From positions 4,819 through 68,818 of the forward strand of contig NZ_JBALCE010000051.1 of NCBI RefSeq assembly GCF_036919815.1: a stretch of DNA of 64,000 bases, given 5' to 3'. The position numbers were made by a program, and so were the translations under genes. The DNA comes from Nostoc sp. Lineage in GTDB: Bacteria > Cyanobacteriota > Cyanobacteriia > Cyanobacteriales > Nostocaceae. Of the stretch, positions 49,275-59,363 are shown piece after piece (within the stretch, counting starts at the first letter, position 1; the number at the start of each line of letters is the position of its first letter). Under the pieces are notes generated by a model. That model searched no databases, was not told the origin of the DNA, and saw only the letters and a program-made list of their open reading frames with translations.

Positions 49275-49647
49275 ATGTCAACTCCCGGCAAGGATATTTT
49301 CTGAGATTGCCGTAGAACAGTAGATTTATAGGCAAATTAATACTAAATTTATCAATAATTTAATATTTATTAATAGTAATAATCTGAATTGGACAGGCGG
49401 CTAATGAAAGAAAATAATATCCTGATAAATTTAGTTTGTTTACCAGACTGGGGTTGGAGAAATAACTATGTTACGATTAGAATCGGTGAGAAAAATTTGG
49501 CTTTTTGAAAAACTAAAGTATTGCGAAGTTATCTGAATAAACATTGCGTATAATCTCGATATATTGAGAATCTGAGCTAGTCAAGAATATCCGCATTAGA
49601 GTATAGGCATCACAATTAAAGCGACTCGAAATAAGGAGTCCAATATT

Positions 49648-49800
49648 ATGGCTATTTCCAAAATCATTGCGAACATAACCCAGTATATTTCTGAAGCTGC
49701 AATGCGGATTTTTGGGCCTAATGATGATTCTTATCCTACTATTGGCGTACAACCTTTTAAAGGTGAGCCTTACGATAAGCGTAAAGATGATAATGATTAG
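49648..49800 (+). CDS. Candidate small protein (50 aa), below the ORF-track cutoff
   Basis: ATG is preceded by aaggag 8 nt upstream. It reads MAISKIIANITQYISEAAMRIFGPNDDSYPTIGVQPFKGEPYDKRKDDND. A tataat hexamer lies at 49549-49554. Confidence 0.35.
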   Translation: MAISKIIANITQYISEAAMRIFGPNDDSYPTIGVQPFKGEPYDKRKDDND

Positions 49801-49960
49801 GTGCTGAATATAGGAATTCCAATACAGTTCGGTTAACGTTTTAATATTTTGAAGATACCCCCAACCCAACCCTTGTAGCGTTGGGGAGCAAAAATCAAAG
49901 CCTCTGACGCCATTTGCTTGATTTTTGTCAACATATATTAGTGGACTAGCTGTCTAGGAA

Positions 49961-50608
49961 TTATTCATTAGCAGAACGTTCAAACACTACTGAAAGATTA
50001 TTTGCTGGCATTTGATAAGTCTGTTTCAAGGTAAGATTTTGGGCGCTAGCGACTGCGATAACATCATCCAAGTTACGTACACCCCACTCTGGGTTTTGGG
50101 CGCGTAAAGATTCGTCAAAAGCTGCATTACTCGCTGCTGTATGTTCTCCAGCTTGTTTAAAAGGCCCATATAAATAGAGGATACCTCCTGCTGGTAAGAT
50201 CCGACCTGCCCCTGCCATTAATCCCAGACAGGCTGACCACGGTGAAATGTGAATCATATTGATGTTGACGATCGCCACAATTGGCTGATTATTAAGCCAA
50301 TCAAATGCCGGATTCTCCACTGCCCAAACTGGTTCTCTGACATCAAGCTCAAGCGGTGGATAAAGATTATCACAGCCAATGTGTTCAGCCCATGCAGTAA
50401 TGCTGGCTCGTAATTGGGGATTTGCATCTGTTGGCAGCCACAGACGAGGACTGAGCTTGGGGGCAAAAAATACTGCATGTTCGCCAGTACCACTTGCTAT
50501 TTCCAATATCGTGCCACTCTTGGGCAACACTTGTAAAAGTACTTCTATAATTGGTTCGCTATTGCGCTGGGTTGCTGGTGCGTATTGTCGTGCGTCTTGT
50601 GGTGTCAT
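49961..50608 (-). CDS. DUF938-type class I SAM-dependent methyltransferase
   Basis: YAPATQRNSEPIIEVL...ILEIASGTGEHAVFFA is as I recall it for DUF938 proteins. Confidence 0.6.
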   Translation of the reverse strand: MTPQDARQYAPATQRNSEPIIEVLLQVLPKSGTILEIASGTGEHAVFFAPKLSPRLWLPTDANPQLRASITAWAEHIGCDNLYPPLELDVREPVWAVENPAFDWLNNQPIVAIVNINMIHISPWSACLGLMAGAGRILPAGGILYLYGPFKQAGEHTAASNAAFDESLRAQNPEWGVRNLDDVIAVASAQNLTLKQTYQMPANNLSVVFERSANE

Positions 50609-50689
50609 CCGTATCGTTATATTATAAAATCTGACCGCATCTTATCCCATTTGACTCAATGACAGATCGCGCAGCCGTAAAGATTTGTT

Positions 50690-50917
50690 GTGCCGTTAGT
50701 TGCAAGTTGGGAAAGATTGAGGAAATATGGTGATCTGGCGTTTTTTCTAGAAGCGCTGCAGAACGTGGCCCAAGCACGGTCGGGTTTAAATCGCCCAAAT
50801 CTTTACCGGATCTTGTCGCCAGAAGGCAACCCTGAACTGCGAACCATCAGCCTTATCCTGCACAATCTCGGCTATCGCCTGAGTGTGCAACCCATTCAGC
50901 GATCGCCAGGGAATTAA
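50690..50917 (+). pseudogene. Degenerate addiction-module antidote (HigA-like HTH) remnant
   Basis: FFLEALQNVAQARSGLNRPNLYRILSPEGNPELRTISLILHNLGYRLSV resembles the antidote family. It lacks the usual N-terminus and part of the HTH, and no toxin partner lies upstream. Confidence 0.35.
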
Positions 50918-50986
50918 CACGGACAACTCGGTGCGAACCATTGTGATTATTCCTGATGATTTGGTACGAGTTAGTCAGGTAAGGCG

Positions 50987-51238
50987 TTATCGGGATGAAT
51001 TATGCTCAATATAAGAGTGGAGAGCGGAGTTAATTAGAGATTGCTAGCCTTTGCTTCTGTTTTTAAACCAATCCAAAATATCTTGATCTAGTTGAATTCA
51101 TGTGGCTTCTTGGCTAACAGGTTTTACCATTTTGGCTGTTTCCCAGAATTGCTGATCTAATTCAGGAATATCTGAAGTATCAATCGCTGGATCAGGGATA
51201 TTTTCGAGTTCTTTAAGTCGATTGGGCGAGATACTCAT
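50987..51238 (-). pseudogene. BrnA-like antitoxin with two in-frame stop codons
   Basis: aaggag plus ATG at 51238. It reads MSISPNRLKELENIPDPAIDTSDIPELDQQFWETAKMVKPVSQEAT*IQLDQDILDWFKNRSKG*QSLINSALHSYIEHNSSR. TGA is at 51098-51100. TAG is at 51044-51046, where the family has Tyr. Confidence 0.5.
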
Positions 51239-51305
51239 AGTAGGTTCTCCTTTCTTTGGGGGTGGCTTTTCGGGCAGAGATTAATCGAATAGAGTTAAGT
51301 GTAAT
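51213..51305 (-). pseudogene. 3' remnant of a BrnT-like toxin gene
   Basis: The frame reading ...ITLNSIRLISARKATPKERRTYYE overlaps the brnA-like start. Only ~30 codons remain before the treH terminator. Confidence 0.4.
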
Positions 51306-51345
51306 AAATAAGATAAAGGCGTGAGGAAAAAACTCACGCCTTTAT
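51301..51345 (-). terminator. Rho-independent terminator of treH
   Basis: The ataaaggcgtgag / ctcacgcctttat stem (13 bp) with a 7-nt loop is followed on the minus strand by cttatttatt. Confidence 0.65.
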
Positions 51346-51350
51346 CTTAT

Positions 51351-52868
51351 TTAAACTTTTTTCCCACGGGCTGCTAAAAGTTCCAGAATAACTCCATTTG
51401 TCCAGCCAAAACCAACTTCGTTAGAACTATATCCAAAGCAGATTTCATCGGAAACGTTGGCAGAACAACGTTCAACATCATATTTCTCAACCAGGGTGTT
51501 GTGACGCCCGAATTCTTTAATTACCATAGCTAGGAATTTATTCGCAATACGATCGCCTTCTGTCTGATACCCATAGCGGTGAAGTCCCAGGACGGCAATT
51601 AATGTCAGTGGTGCCCAACCGAAGGGCGCATCCCACTGGTTTCCGGTGACACGAGTACTGGTAAAAATTCCGCCTGGGGCTTCAAACAAAGAGAGATTTT
51701 CCGCGACGCGCTTGGCTTGGGTTGGAGAAGCAATTCCCAGCCACAGAGGATAAAATGTGGTAGCAAATTCGTAACGGCGGCGTTCTCCACTCTGGAAATT
51801 ATAGTCGAGATATATTCCCTGTTCTTCATCCCAGAGATACTGATCGATGCGATCGCGGCGGATATCTGCACGATCGTGCCATTGTTCCTCCAATTCTTCT
51901 TTCCCCAAAATCTGGTTAATTTGCGCCAAATCTTGTTCCATCTGATACAGCAAACTGTTGAGGCACACAGGAGCGTAATGGAGGATATCAGCGCTGAAAG
52001 GGCCAAATCGGTTGGTGATATCAAAACCGGACTCGCGCATGGTGCGATCGCCCTTATAAAATAGATTGGTCAGTTCGTCATTTTCGCGGTCGTAGTAAAG
52101 ATTCACATCATAATCTTCAACTTCAAAGGTTTGGTAATATTCCTTGACGCGATCGTAGTGGCTTTTTCCCTCCTCATCCCGCTCGGAGAACAAAACTTCT
52201 GGCGCGGCACCTTCCCCAAAAGCATAGAATCTAGATAAGCCTGTTGCCGCATTTAGATGGGGCGGTACTACCCAAGAATAGTAAAATTGCTCTAGGAGCG
52301 GTACGGTTGACTTCAACCACTCTTCGTCTTGGGTGTGCTGGAATAATGCCAAAACCATCATGCTGAGGACTGGAGGCTGCGATCGCGACAGCATATAAGT
52401 CCGGTTGGAATTCAGGATGGTGCCATAATGCTGCACTTGGTATAGTAGTTGATCTACTTGGCTTTGCGCTAGCTCCCATTCTTCATCGCGCAAAAGTCCC
52501 AGTAAGATAAAGTAGCTGTCCCAGCCATACATTTCGTTGAAGCGCCCACCTGGTACGACATAAGGCCCTGGTAGGTATAATAATCCATGCTCTTTAATTG
52601 CTTCGACTTCTGATGGTAAAGTGCGAATTTCAATTCTTTGCATATCCTTGGGAGATAGCGATCGCTCTAAAATAGTCTGAACGTTGGGACAATCTTCTTG
52701 AGGCGAAATGTAGACGAGCCAAGGAGTCTCGGTTTTGTGGTCTAGTTTGGTATCTTTGGCTGATTGTAATAGGTGTTCGTGCGATCGCGTTAGGGTTTTC
52801 CACGTTTTTTTGATGTGCGATCGCACGGTGTCAATTTGCGCGGTGGTGGGTGTTGGGGGAGTGGTCAT
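51351..52868 (-). CDS. treH: Alpha,alpha-trehalase (GH37)
   Basis: Both trehalase signatures are present: PGGRFNEMYGWDSYF and QWDAPFGWAPL. Confidence 0.9.
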   Translation of the reverse strand: MTTPPTPTTAQIDTVRSHIKKTWKTLTRSHEHLLQSAKDTKLDHKTETPWLVYISPQEDCPNVQTILERSLSPKDMQRIEIRTLPSEVEAIKEHGLLYLPGPYVVPGGRFNEMYGWDSYFILLGLLRDEEWELAQSQVDQLLYQVQHYGTILNSNRTYMLSRSQPPVLSMMVLALFQHTQDEEWLKSTVPLLEQFYYSWVVPPHLNAATGLSRFYAFGEGAAPEVLFSERDEEGKSHYDRVKEYYQTFEVEDYDVNLYYDRENDELTNLFYKGDRTMRESGFDITNRFGPFSADILHYAPVCLNSLLYQMEQDLAQINQILGKEELEEQWHDRADIRRDRIDQYLWDEEQGIYLDYNFQSGERRRYEFATTFYPLWLGIASPTQAKRVAENLSLFEAPGGIFTSTRVTGNQWDAPFGWAPLTLIAVLGLHRYGYQTEGDRIANKFLAMVIKEFGRHNTLVEKYDVERCSANVSDEICFGYSSNEVGFGWTNGVILELLAARGKKV

Positions 52869-52971
52869 ATAGAATTATTTTTTAACGCAAAGGGACGCGG
52901 AGGGAACCGCAGAGGTACGCAGAGGTTTTACGGGGTTTTCTCTGCGTTTCTGGGTGAGGTAGATTTATTTT

Positions 52972-55770
52972 TTACTCGGCACTACTAATCAATAGGGCAA
53001 CTGGAAAATGGGCGAGGGCGGTTGCGATCGATAGGGTTTCTGTAGTTTGTAAGGGTTGCTGGGTTAGGACGTTTTTCCAAGTGAGGGATGTTCCAGGGGG
53101 TAATTGCAAATGTGTATCTTGCCAAATTAACTCGCCTATGGGATTCTGTCCAGGCTGGATGAGGCTGGTTAAAAAGCGAGGTGCGATCGCGATCGCTGTT
53201 TGATTTCCCTCACGCCGCGCAAAGGCGATAATGTGATTGGCGTAGGTTCCTTCAACTTTTAACGGTAAATAGTCGCCGTCCTGGAATAATGAGACGTAGT
53301 TTGCTCTGACTTGGAGTAGTTGAGCTGTTAAAAATAGTTTGATTCTGCCGTCTGTTTTGTGGTTGAGTAACTCCTGAATTAGTCCGAGAATATCTGTTTT
53401 TACCTGTTCGCGGATGACGTTTAAGTAAGTACGTCTCTGTTCAAAATCTACGGGACGGCGATTATCTGGATCAACTAGGCTTAGTTCCCAAAGTTCTGTT
53501 CCCTGGTAAAAGTCCGGTACGCCGGGTGCAGTAATCTTTAGTAGAGTTTGGGAAAGGGAATTGAATATGCCATAGTCTGCAATTCGCTGTTGAAAGGGAC
53601 GAAAAACTTCTAGAAATTCCCCGGAGATGGCAGGATCAAGTACTTTCTCAATAAAGGAAGTACAAGCTTCTTCGTACTCACTATCAGGTCGCAACCATGC
53701 TGTATGAACTTTCGCTTCTCGAATTGCTTTAATTATATAGTCTTTCACCCGTTCCACGAAAAATGCATGATCTGCTTCGGCAAAAGGAAAAGCCCCTACC
53801 AACGTTTGATAGATAAAATACTCATCGTTGCGATCGGGCATAGCAAACCCCTGGCGATGGCTACGATTTCCCCGATTCATGGCACTCCAAGTATTTACCT
53901 GCTGTTCCCACTCCTCTGGGATTTCTGAGAGGACATTCAACCTTGCACGGACATCTTCGCCGCGTTTGGTGTCGTGGGTGGCTGTGGTGTTCATTGTGTG
54001 AGGCCAGGTTATCTGGTGCTGTTGGTTAAAGGCATGAAATTCGGTTACTGATATCCCAAAATGACCGGGATTACCTCCAACTTCATTCAACGACAGCAAC
54101 CGATTATAAACATATAATGTTGTGTCTTCGACGCCTTTGGCCATTAGCGGGCCGCTGTATTGCTGCATTCGCAAGACAAAATATATCCACTGCTCGCGTT
54201 CTGTTTGAGTCAGAGAATTATCAAACTCTAGCAGCATTAACTTTTCAATAAAGGTCAGTTCATGGTGCAACAGGGGCGTTTGTTCTTTGGCTTGGCGAAT
54301 TACTTCTTGAATGGTAGCGCGATCGCTTTCTCCAATTCCATCGGGTGTAATATATGTACGGTAAATCGGAAACAGTGTCAAAACTTCGGCGATCGCTCTT
54401 TTTAATCCATTCAGTGTAAAATCATTTCCGTAGCGATATTTGCTGGAAACGTTCTTTAACAAAAGTGCCAGATTATCAATATCACCTGCTAAATTTTTTT
54501 CCAAAATCAGGTGCTTTTTCTCCTTGACAATGGTGGAATAATCTACTTTTGAACCGATAAAGTTCTGGTAGATTTTATCGAACTGTGATTGATTTTCTGT
54601 TTGACAAAATACCCCATTTACATAGTTTAAAAAGTCATATCCTGATGTTCCTTCAATTTCCCAATTCTCCGGCAGGTCTTCTGTGAGTTCTAAAATCTTT
54701 TCCACAGTGATATAAACATCACCCGTTTTTTCCCGCAGCCTTTCCAGATACTGGATTGGATTATAAAGTCCATCAATATGATCAATCCGTAAACCTGTAA
54801 ATTTGCCCTCCTCAACTAACTTCTGAATGAAGCTGTGGGTGTTATTAAAAACCCGCAGTTCTTCAACTTTCACCGAAATCAGTTCATTGACTGTAAAGAA
54901 ACGGCGGTAGTTCATCTCCTCCGCCCCAACTTTCCAGAAGGCGAGACGATAAAACTGGTCATTCAGTAAATCATCTAGGAGGTTAAAGCTTTCGGAATTA
55001 CCCGGTTCTCCATTGAAAGTTTTGATATTTTCGTCAATGAACTCGCGGATGGCATCATTTGTGGTGTAGATTTCCCAAACCAATCCTTTAATAAATGCGA
55101 TTTGGTCTTGTCGTTGTTTTCCCGCCACTTCTGAAGGCACATTTTTGAGAATGTAGAGAATTCCCAATAGTTTAATAAAATCGGGGTGATTGCGTCCCAG
55201 TGTGCGCGTCAGTTTACCCAGATTATGAATGATAACTTTTGTGTAAGACTCTAAGCGCAGTGGCAGTTTCAAGCTGTAATAGTTTACAGTTAAACCATTT
55301 TCTTCATATTGTAGTTGAATGTGTCCGTTTTCCAAGGATACGCCGTAAAAGTCTCCCAGTAGCGGTGCTAGAATTCGCTCTTGGCGATCGCCAAAGGGAG
55401 CATTCCAAGAAAGGTCGAAGTAGTCGGTATAACTGGAATCTGGCCCGTGTTCCAATACATCCATTAAGTAAGGGTTTTCGCTGGTATAGGACATGTGGTT
55501 GGGTACAATATCTTGTAACCAGCCCATACCAAGGGATTGAACTTTATCAACCAATGCATCAAAGGATTCATTAGTTCCCAGTTCTGGGTTTAGTTGAGTG
55601 GCATCTACTATATCGTAGCCGTGCGTACTCCCGGTTCGAGCTTTGAAAATCGGGGAAGCATACAAATCGGAAATACCTAAATCTGCTAGATAAGTTGCGA
55701 TCGCTCTAGCGTTGTCAAAGCTAAACTCAGGTGTAAACTGAATTCGATAAGTTGCGGTGGGAATTCGCAT
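52972..55770 (-). CDS. treY: Malto-oligosyltrehalose synthase
   Basis: N-terminus TATYRIQFTPEFSFDNARAIATYLADLGISDLYASPIFKARTGSTHGYD. The 932-aa size and position between treZ and treH match the Anabaena tre cluster. Confidence 0.9.
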   Translation of the reverse strand: MRIPTATYRIQFTPEFSFDNARAIATYLADLGISDLYASPIFKARTGSTHGYDIVDATQLNPELGTNESFDALVDKVQSLGMGWLQDIVPNHMSYTSENPYLMDVLEHGPDSSYTDYFDLSWNAPFGDRQERILAPLLGDFYGVSLENGHIQLQYEENGLTVNYYSLKLPLRLESYTKVIIHNLGKLTRTLGRNHPDFIKLLGILYILKNVPSEVAGKQRQDQIAFIKGLVWEIYTTNDAIREFIDENIKTFNGEPGNSESFNLLDDLLNDQFYRLAFWKVGAEEMNYRRFFTVNELISVKVEELRVFNNTHSFIQKLVEEGKFTGLRIDHIDGLYNPIQYLERLREKTGDVYITVEKILELTEDLPENWEIEGTSGYDFLNYVNGVFCQTENQSQFDKIYQNFIGSKVDYSTIVKEKKHLILEKNLAGDIDNLALLLKNVSSKYRYGNDFTLNGLKRAIAEVLTLFPIYRTYITPDGIGESDRATIQEVIRQAKEQTPLLHHELTFIEKLMLLEFDNSLTQTEREQWIYFVLRMQQYSGPLMAKGVEDTTLYVYNRLLSLNEVGGNPGHFGISVTEFHAFNQQHQITWPHTMNTTATHDTKRGEDVRARLNVLSEIPEEWEQQVNTWSAMNRGNRSHRQGFAMPDRNDEYFIYQTLVGAFPFAEADHAFFVERVKDYIIKAIREAKVHTAWLRPDSEYEEACTSFIEKVLDPAISGEFLEVFRPFQQRIADYGIFNSLSQTLLKITAPGVPDFYQGTELWELSLVDPDNRRPVDFEQRRTYLNVIREQVKTDILGLIQELLNHKTDGRIKLFLTAQLLQVRANYVSLFQDGDYLPLKVEGTYANHIIAFARREGNQTAIAIAPRFLTSLIQPGQNPIGELIWQDTHLQLPPGTSLTWKNVLTQQPLQTTETLSIATALAHFPVALLISSAE

Positions 55771-55880
55771 AGTTTTTAGTGGGGAGTGGGGATGAGGGGG
55801 ATGTAGCTTTAGCTTTCCTACGGAACGCTACGCGAACCCGCAGGGTGGGGGATGAGGGGGATGAGGGAGTTTGAGGTTTT

Positions 55881-56151
55881 GAGCATGAAAGTTGAACCTC
55901 TGAGCATGAGCGTTGAACCTCTGAGCATGAGCGTTTAACCTCTGAGCATGAAAGTTGAACCTCTGAGCATGAGCGTCGAACCTCTGAGCATGAAAGTTGA
56001 ACCTCTGAGCATGAGCGTTTAACCTCTGAGCATGAAAGTTGAACCTCTGAGCATGAAAGTTGAACCTCTGAGCATGAGCGTTGAACCTCTGAGCATGAGC
56101 GTTGAACCTCTGAGCATGAGCGTTGAACCTCTGAGCTTAAAACTTTAACTC
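55881..56151 (+). repeat. 21-bp tandem repeat array (12 full units plus a degenerate unit) between treZ and treY
   Basis: Units gagcatgaaagttgaacctct / gagcatgagcgttgaacctct abut from 55881 to 56132. A degenerate tail runs to 56151. Confidence 0.95.
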
Positions 56152-56153
56152 CC

Positions 56154-56188
56154 CCACTCCGGTTCGGCTACGCTCACGGCAAGCCTAC
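56154..56188 (-). repeat. Dispersed 35-nt repeat (copy 3, inverted)
   Basis: The reverse complement gtaggcttgccgtgagcgtagccgaaccggagtgg differs at a few positions from 2481-2515 and 7500-7534. Confidence 0.85.
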
Positions 56189-56625
56189 TCCCCACTCACA
56201 AGAGAATCGCTGGACGTGTGGAAGCCACTTGACTTTTTTTAGGCAGTGGAGGAAACACGCCACGAGTGGTTTTAACCCTAAGCGTAGTCGTTGGCGCAGC
56301 CTCTCGTAGAGAAGGGTGAAAAATGTTAAAATTAAAGTGTGAGTAGGAATAACCATCTGCGCTAAGAAGTGTTTTGTAAGGAGTGACCCCTGATTTATCT
56401 CGTACCTGTACAAGTTACAGCCCTGGGTAAACAAGTAATGGGAAAACATGGAGCGTAATACCACTAAATATTGATGGACTCGGAAAGCAGTAGGAAAAAG
56501 AAAAGTAAGCGTAATTGCAATACCTCTTCTAGGGGTAGTTGTTTTGAGCGTCTAGAGGGATATTTGACTATCCCTTTTAAGCAACTCTTAAAGAATCTGC
56601 GTGTCTTTAGACCGCAGAGTGTCAA

Positions 56626-58488
56626 TCATTCGCGTTCATACAGGACGATACTAGTAGCTTTTACTGTCAATTCTTGCCCTACAGACAGATGTTCAGGGGC
56701 TTGGGAACCAGTCCCAGACCATGAGGTATCTGCTGAGTCTAATAGTTTGTGAGAATTATGCCCAATTGGTAGACTAACTGTGACTGGAGACGAATTGAAA
56801 TTCATCACAAATATTAGTTCACTTGATTCGCACCAACGACGCACGATTACTAACTTCTTGTCTTCATCGCTAGTCGCTTGGATAAAATTGCGGTCTTGGT
56901 TGAGAAGTGCTGGATGCGTTTTGCGTAAATTAATTAACTGGCGATACCAATCCCAGAGAACTTTGTGCTTACCATTATTGCGTAATTCCCAATTAAGCTT
57001 AGAACGCAGAAAAGTTTCTGCCGATTCGGGATCTGGGGGATCATCTGCAAAGTGAAACGCTTCAAACTCTTGTTTGCGTCCGGCTCGAACTGCTTGAATT
57101 AAATCGGGATCGGAGTGACTGACAAAGTAAATGAAGGGTGCAGTTTCGCCGTATTCTTCTCCCATGAATAACAGGGGTAAGTAGGGCGAGAGCAACACAG
57201 CGCCAGCAGCTAACTTTAATCCCTCAAAAGATATCTTCTGGCTGAGGCGTTCCCCTTTCATTTGATTGCCGATTTGATCGTGATTCTGAATGCAGACTGT
57301 AAACTGTGATAAAGGGCGATCGCCGCAAGGTACACCATGAAAACGTTTACGATCGGCTGAGTACTTCCAATCGTAGATAAAAGTATCATTATAAGCTTTC
57401 GCCAAATCAGCCAACTGCCCAAAATCGTGATAATATCCTTGGCGATCGCCTGTCAACAATGTGTGCAATGCATGATGAAAATCATCACTCCATTGAGCAT
57501 CAATTCCATATCCACCCAATTCGGCGGGACGAATTATTTGGGGATTATTCAGGTCACTTTCAGCAATTAAATGGCGTTTCCATTTTTGCCCTTGTTGTGA
57601 AAATTGATCAACCGCTTCGGAGAGTTCCCACAAAAAATGCTTGGCTCCCAAGTCGTAAATTGCCTGAATCGCATCCAGCCGCAATGCATCTATATGGAAC
57701 TCGCCCAACCAATAGAGCGCATTTTGGATAAAATAATTTCGCACACCTGGACTATGGGCATCGTCAAAATTCAGCGCTTCGCCCCACGGCGTTTTATAGG
57801 TTTTAGTAAAGTAGGGCGCGAACTGACTCATATAGTTGCCTTCTGGTCCAAAGTGGTTATACACCACATCCAATACAACAGCAATGTCGTGTTGATGGCA
57901 AGCATTTACCAGTTGCTTAAGTTCGGCTGGGCTACCGTAGGAATTTTGGACAGCAAAGGGATAAACGCCGTCATAACCCCAGTTGCGATATGCAAGAGTT
58001 GCCTCAATATGAGTGTCTCCGGGAAACTGGGAGATGGGCATGATTTCAATAGCATTAATTCCCAGTTCCCTCAGTTCCGGTAAGCGGGAAATGATCGCGG
58101 TGAAAGTTCCTTCCGGTGTGAATGTGCCAACGTGGAGTTCGTAGAAAATCATCGACTCCACAGGAATGCCAGCCCATGCTTGGTCTGTCCACTCAAATTG
58201 GTGATCGATAATTTGAGATGGCCCATGCACGCCTTCCGGTTGATAGTGCGACGCCGGATCAGAAAAGGTGTCTTGACCATTCAAGACATAGCGATAAAGC
58301 GTATCTGGATACACATCGTTGACTTTCGTCTGCCAGTATCCCTCAGACGTAGGCTTGAGCGGAATTAGCTGCTGCTCTGGGGTCAAAATTTGTACCGTAA
58401 CGCTATCTAATAGCGGAGACCAAACTGTAAATTCACATTCTCCGTTACCCAAGTAGTTAGCACCAATTCTCACGCAGTATCCTCCCAT
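56626..58488 (-). CDS. treZ: Malto-oligosyltrehalose trehalohydrolase
   Basis: GANYLGNGECEFTVWSP..., FYELHVGTFTPEGTF, GH13 catalytic regions ALRLDA and ESDLN. The alternative GTG start at 58473 has a better SD (gggagga). Confidence 0.9.
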   Translation of the reverse strand: MGGYCVRIGANYLGNGECEFTVWSPLLDSVTVQILTPEQQLIPLKPTSEGYWQTKVNDVYPDTLYRYVLNGQDTFSDPASHYQPEGVHGPSQIIDHQFEWTDQAWAGIPVESMIFYELHVGTFTPEGTFTAIISRLPELRELGINAIEIMPISQFPGDTHIEATLAYRNWGYDGVYPFAVQNSYGSPAELKQLVNACHQHDIAVVLDVVYNHFGPEGNYMSQFAPYFTKTYKTPWGEALNFDDAHSPGVRNYFIQNALYWLGEFHIDALRLDAIQAIYDLGAKHFLWELSEAVDQFSQQGQKWKRHLIAESDLNNPQIIRPAELGGYGIDAQWSDDFHHALHTLLTGDRQGYYHDFGQLADLAKAYNDTFIYDWKYSADRKRFHGVPCGDRPLSQFTVCIQNHDQIGNQMKGERLSQKISFEGLKLAAGAVLLSPYLPLLFMGEEYGETAPFIYFVSHSDPDLIQAVRAGRKQEFEAFHFADDPPDPESAETFLRSKLNWELRNNGKHKVLWDWYRQLINLRKTHPALLNQDRNFIQATSDEDKKLVIVRRWCESSELIFVMNFNSSPVTVSLPIGHNSHKLLDSADTSWSGTGSQAPEHLSVGQELTVKATSIVLYERE

Positions 58489-58793
58489 CAGATGTTATGT
58501 TGTGCCGAATTGTGGCGCGATGGCGATCGCAAATGTCATTGATTGCACAATGTTTACAAACACGCCAGATAGCATAATGGTTGGTCTACCAGACTTTTTA
58601 CTAGCACCTGTAGGCGGATTTTCGCGTCAAACAAACTCTGTCTAATGACCAATTTAGTTGTAAGTGGTGTCCCTCGTTCCCAGTCTCCGACTGGGAATGC
58701 CCTCTCTAAGTCTCCGCCTTCCAAATTCACGCCAGAAGCACATGAGGAGCATTTACAGCGCTCTCTGGCTGGAAACGAGATTTTAAAGCTACC

Positions 58794-59198
58794 CTACGGC
58801 TTACAGCTACCATCCGCGCAATACGAGGATTGATAGGTACTAGAACGCTTACCAAATATGGTGTAACGATGATCGCGGATTTGTTCGTAAAAGCGATCGC
58901 CTGCCCACTTCATCCCCGGTAAGGCTCGATAAGCATCTACAAATATACTTCCTGCTGGCAATAACCGCCCAATTTCTTCTGCTGCATTACTACCTTGCCA
59001 ACGTCTTTGAGGTTGATTACCATCAATTAAAATCACCCCCTGTTCACAATCTTGGGCTGTAATTCCCCACTGTAAAAGTGTCTGCTCATCTTGCATAGGT
59101 GCGTAGCGAAACAGCTTTCCTTGGTCTAAGGTTTCTAGCGATCGCACTAGGCTAACGCAGAGATTACAATTACCGTCGTAGATTACGTAGTAAGTCAT
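58794..59198 (-). CDS. Thiol-disulfide oxidoreductase DCC family (DUF393)
   Basis: YVIYDGNCNLCVSLVRSLE is the N-terminal DxxCxxC motif. Confidence 0.7.
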   Translation of the reverse strand: MTYYVIYDGNCNLCVSLVRSLETLDQGKLFRYAPMQDEQTLLQWGITAQDCEQGVILIDGNQPQRRWQGSNAAEEIGRLLPAGSIFVDAYRALPGMKWAGDRFYEQIRDHRYTIFGKRSSTYQSSYCADGSCKP

Positions 59199-59363
59199 AG
59201 AAATAACGGCTCTTTGGCAATTGACTTGTCAGATGTATCTAAATACAACTTTGGTATTCTAGCTTAGAAAACCGTGGCGATCGCTACTTTAGCCACTTGC
59301 TTTCAAAATTGTCAGACTGCTGTCTACTATTTAAATGTCGCCATTAAGTAAAGAAGTTTGTCA

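Noticed and set aside
49513-49869. 118-aa minus-strand ORF.
   Set aside because: It is AT-rich and low-complexity (Ile/Asn/Phe/Arg) with no motifs. It is antisense to a better-supported small ORF that has an SD sequence.
58645-58833. 62-aa ORF between treZ and the DCC gene.
   Set aside because: The sequence (gttcccagtctccgactgggaatgcc...) looks like a palindromic repeat family common in Nostocales. The ORF also overlaps the 3' end of the DCC gene.
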